Origin: an uncultured delta proteobacterium
Lineage (GTDB): Bacteria > Myxococcota > Myxococcia > Myxococcales > Myxococcaceae
Length of the DNA: 64,000 nt
Assembly: GCA_963796055.1 (NCBI GenBank)
Contig: CAWCKH010000004.1
Location: forward strand, 1,248,001-1,312,000
Reading direction: 5' to 3'
Both the position numbers and the translations under genes were made by a program. The notes under the pieces are model-generated. The model was not told the DNA's origin. It saw only the letters and a program-made list of their open reading frames with translations, and did no database searches. Positions 61,161 to 64,000 of this stretch are shown in pieces (the stretch's first letter is position 1; every line of letters begins with the position of its first letter).

Positions 61161-62171
61161 GTGCCCGCGGCCGGCCGCCCGCGGGTCGGCATCTCGCTCG
61201 GAGACCCTTCCGGCATCGGTCCGGAGGTGGTGGACCGGGCGCTGGCCCATCCCGGCGTCCGGCGGGCGCTGGTGCCGGTGGTGTTCGGGGACGGGCCGAC
61301 CTTCGAGCGCCTCGCCACCCTGCAGCGGCTGCCCGCGGTGCCTCCCGGTAGTCCGCTCCCGGCCCAGGGCCCGGCGCGGGTGGCGGTGACCGAGCTTCCG
61401 GCGAAGGACCGTGCGGCAGGCAAGCCGACCAGGCTCGGCGGCAAGGCGCAGCTCGCGTACGTGCGGGCCGCGGTGGATGCGGCGCTCCGCGGCGAGGTGG
61501 ACGCGCTGTGCACCGCGCCGGTGTCGAAGGAGCAGATCACCCGCGCCGGCGTGCGCTTCATGGGGCACACCGAGCTGCTCGCCGAGGCGTTCGGCCGCGA
61601 AGTGCTGATGCTGATGGACGGCCCGCGGGTGAAGGTGGCGCTGGCCACCAACCACGTGGCCATCCGAGATCTCCCGGCGGCCCTGGAGAAGCGTCGGCTG
61701 GTCGCCCAGCTGCAGCTGCTGTCCGCGTCCCTCCAGCCGGTTCTCGGACGGAGGCCGCGCATCGCGGTGTGCGGGCTGAATCCGCACGCCGGCGAGGGTG
61801 GGCTTCTGGGGGACGAAGAGGTCCGGACCATCGCCCCGGCCATCGCGCTGGCCCGGCGCCGGGGCGTGGACTGCACCGGGCCCTGGCCGGCGGATGGCCT
61901 GTTCGCCCGGCCGGACCACATTCCCGCGGATGTGGTGCTGGCCATGTTCCACGACCAGGCGCTGGTGGTGGCCAAGGCCCTGGACTTCGACCGGACGGTG
62001 AACGTGACCCTCGGGCTGCCGGTGCCCCGGACCTCGCCGGACCACGGGGTCGCCTACGCGCTGGCCGGGAAGGGCAAGGCGAGCGCCGAGCCGATGGTTG
62101 CCGCGCTGCTTAAGGCCGCGCAGCTCGCGGCGCCCCCGGGAGGGGCTGTCAGGCCGCGGGGGTCAAGGTGA
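61161..62171 (+). CDS. pdxA: 4-hydroxythreonine-4-phosphate dehydrogenase
   Basis: GDPSGIGPE, TAPVSK, GHTE, GLNPHAGE, MFHDQ, NVTLGLP, RTSPDHG. Confidence 0.92.
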   Translation: MPAAGRPRVGISLGDPSGIGPEVVDRALAHPGVRRALVPVVFGDGPTFERLATLQRLPAVPPGSPLPAQGPARVAVTELPAKDRAAGKPTRLGGKAQLAYVRAAVDAALRGEVDALCTAPVSKEQITRAGVRFMGHTELLAEAFGREVLMLMDGPRVKVALATNHVAIRDLPAALEKRRLVAQLQLLSASLQPVLGRRPRIAVCGLNPHAGEGGLLGDEEVRTIAPAIALARRRGVDCTGPWPADGLFARPDHIPADVVLAMFHDQALVVAKALDFDRTVNVTLGLPVPRTSPDHGVAYALAGKGKASAEPMVAALLKAAQLAAPPGGAVRPRGSR

Positions 62172-63319
62172 TCTCGGCGATCTCCGGCGTGGAGAACAGC
62201 CGCATCGGCGGGCCCCAGAAGCCCGTCCCCCGGTGGGCATACACCCAGACCCCGAGCAGCTTGCGGAGCCCTCGAACGAGAGGCTGCTGCAGCCGGACGA
62301 AGAAGTGGAAGGGAAAGATCTGCCCGCCGTGGGTGTGGCCAGAAAGCATGAGGTCGACCCCGTGGGGTGCGGCGCCGGTCACCGCCCGGGGCTGGTGCGC
62401 GAGCAGCACGCGCGGAGCGCCCTCGGGCGCGCCGGCGAACACCAGACTCCGGGCGGCTCTCGTGGTCGGCGAGGAAGCGGCCCCCGTGCAGGTCGGGCAT
62501 CCCGCCGATCACCACCGTCCCGCCCGCGCGCTCGACCACCCGGTGCTCGTTGTGGAGCACGGTGAGCCCGAGCTGCTCGACCATCCGGACCGACTCCCGA
62601 CCACCCCAGTAGTACTCGTGGTTGCCGGTGACGAAGTACACCCCGTGCGGTGCGGCCAGGTCGGCGAGAGGCCGGAGCGCCTGCTCCACCACGTGGGCCG
62701 GGCCATCCACCAGGTCTCCGGTGATGGCCACGATGTCGGGATGGAGCGCGTTCACCCGATCCACCACCCGCCGGAGGAACCGTTCGCCGAGGCGTTCGCC
62801 GATGTGCAGGTCGCTGATCTGCACGATGCGCAGCCCGGCCACACCGGGAGCGAGCCTCTCCAGGGGCACCTGCACCCGGCTCAACACCAGCCGCCCGCGC
62901 GCGGTCCAGACGGAGAAGGGAACGAGGAGCGCGGCCCCGATGGCGATGAGCAGCGCCTGCATCCGGGCCTGGGACAGCGCCGCGACGGCGTCAGGCCAGC
63001 CGTACAGCAGCCCGTACAGCAGCCGTCCCAGATCCGTGACGAGGGTGACCGTGAGGACGACACCCGAGGCTCCCAGCCAGGCGATGGCGAGCGGCGGAAA
63101 CACCCGGCTCGGCCAGCCACGGTCGCGCCGGCTGAACACGAAGCCCACCGGGACCAGCACCACCAGCAGGGCGAGGAGCACGCACCCGGCAATCGCCACT
63201 GGCAGCGGAAGCACCGGATCCACGAAGAGCCGCCGTGCAACATACACGTGAAGAAGCGCGAACAGCGCCAGCGCGGTGCGGAAGGGTGAGAGGAAGCCGG
63301 AGCGGCGACTTGTGCTCAT
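62149..63319 (-). pseudogene. Membrane-anchored metallophosphoesterase (YkuE/YaeI-like) with a one-base frameshift near 62446
   Basis: SDLH, TGDLVD, TGNHEYY in one frame; LLAHQP and SGHTHGGQ in the shifted frame. Confidence 0.8.
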
Positions 63320-63501
63320 ACAGTGGCCGGGAGGGCTAACGGGTACAGCCACTTCCTGCATGCAAACGGCCCGTTTCCCCAGCAATTGACAGCCCGAAAG
63401 GAGCCCTTCCCCGCCACCAGGCAATCGCGGGAGACGGTGGGCGTCTCCAGGGCACGGCGGCGATGAGTACCGCCGGTGAGGGAAGGAACGGAAGCGCAGT
63501 C

Positions 63502-63687
63502 ATGAACTCGATCATCTCGGAAAAGCGATTCGCCTTCGTCGCGTTGCCGCTTCTGCTCGCGACCCTCGCACTCTTCTACGTGCTCGGGGCGGCCGCGCTG
63601 TTCGCCGAGGCGGCCCAGGCGCATCACGACATCGCCCAGCACGGGCGCAGCGAGCTGGTCTCGCCGGTCATCGAGATCCGCGGCTAG
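63502..63687 (+). CDS. Small single-TM hypothetical protein
   Basis: 61 aa with one hydrophobic helix; purine-rich sequence upstream. Confidence 0.5.
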   Translation: MNSIISEKRFAFVALPLLLATLALFYVLGAAALFAEAAQAHHDIAQHGRSELVSPVIEIRG

Positions 63688-64000
63688 CCTTCGGGACCAG
63701 GGCGGAGAGCCGGGCTCGGTTCTCCGCCTGGAAGAACGGCGCGCGCAGCAGGGAGGACAGCGCGCGCTTGGGGATGCACCAGAGTTGAAGTGAATCCTCC
63801 CACTCCCCGAGCACCGCCACTGCGCGCGCCTCGGCGTCCTCCCGGAACTCGTCGTTGCAACGCTCGACGAGGTCGCGCGGGTCCCGCACCTCCCAGCTCT
63901 CCTCGCCGTTTCCGGCGTCGACGAGCAGCGTGCCTTCCCGGTCGTCGCGGACGTCGAGGACCTTGAGGGTGCGCGCGGCGCCGCCGATGCGCTCGCACAG
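63668..64000 (-). CDS. Hypothetical protein, C-terminal part (5' end outside window)
   Basis: Frame open to the window end, typical codon usage (AVLGEWEDSLQLWC). Confidence 0.6.
   Translation of the reverse strand: MCERIGGAARTLKVLDVRDDREGTLLVDAGNGEESWEVRDPRDLVERCNDEFREDAEARAVAVLGEWEDSLQLWCIPKRALSSLLRAPFFQAENRARLSALVPKASRGSR

Noticed and set aside
58194..62171. Three PPIases plus pdxA as a novel cluster
   Set aside because: Matches ordinary surA-pdxA housekeeping synteny
63459..63512. Fluoride riboswitch (GGCGATGAGTACCGCC resembles its 5' part)
   Set aside because: No P2 stem, the 3' UGAUG..CUAC consensus is not met, and no fluoride-related gene lies downstream

Overview
Very GC-rich, gene-dense chromosomal segment from a myxobacterium. 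The pomY-pomZ-pomX division-site cluster, Ser/Thr kinases, sigma54 regulators and many lipoproteins point to a Myxococcaceae/Cystobacterineae-like host. I found no rRNA, tRNA, CRISPR array, transposase or prophage. Highlights: (1) a compact bacterial sterol locus at the left end: squalene epoxidase divergent from a translationally coupled squalene synthase + oxidosqualene cyclase with a cycloartenol-type residue signature, flanked by a GT21/HpnI-like glycosyltransferase; (2) a candidate sigma54-driven operon of lipoprotein, CHASE2 adenylate cyclase, SH3-like protein and M48 protease; (3) an atypical HK/NtrC pair divergent from an Omp85-type barrel and an Asp-box lipoprotein; (4) pomXYZ; (5) tandem M3 oligopeptidase lipoproteins, DprE1/DprE2 homologues, a divergent-type membrane pyrophosphatase and a pseudokinase-kinase; (6) two regulators with identical leaderless-type promoter geometry; (7) several frameshifted or decaying genes and a candidate three-way-junction leader RNA near the right end. 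All calls come from motif recognition by eye; no searches were run. Several start codons were re-picked downstream of the ORF-track starts and are estimates.
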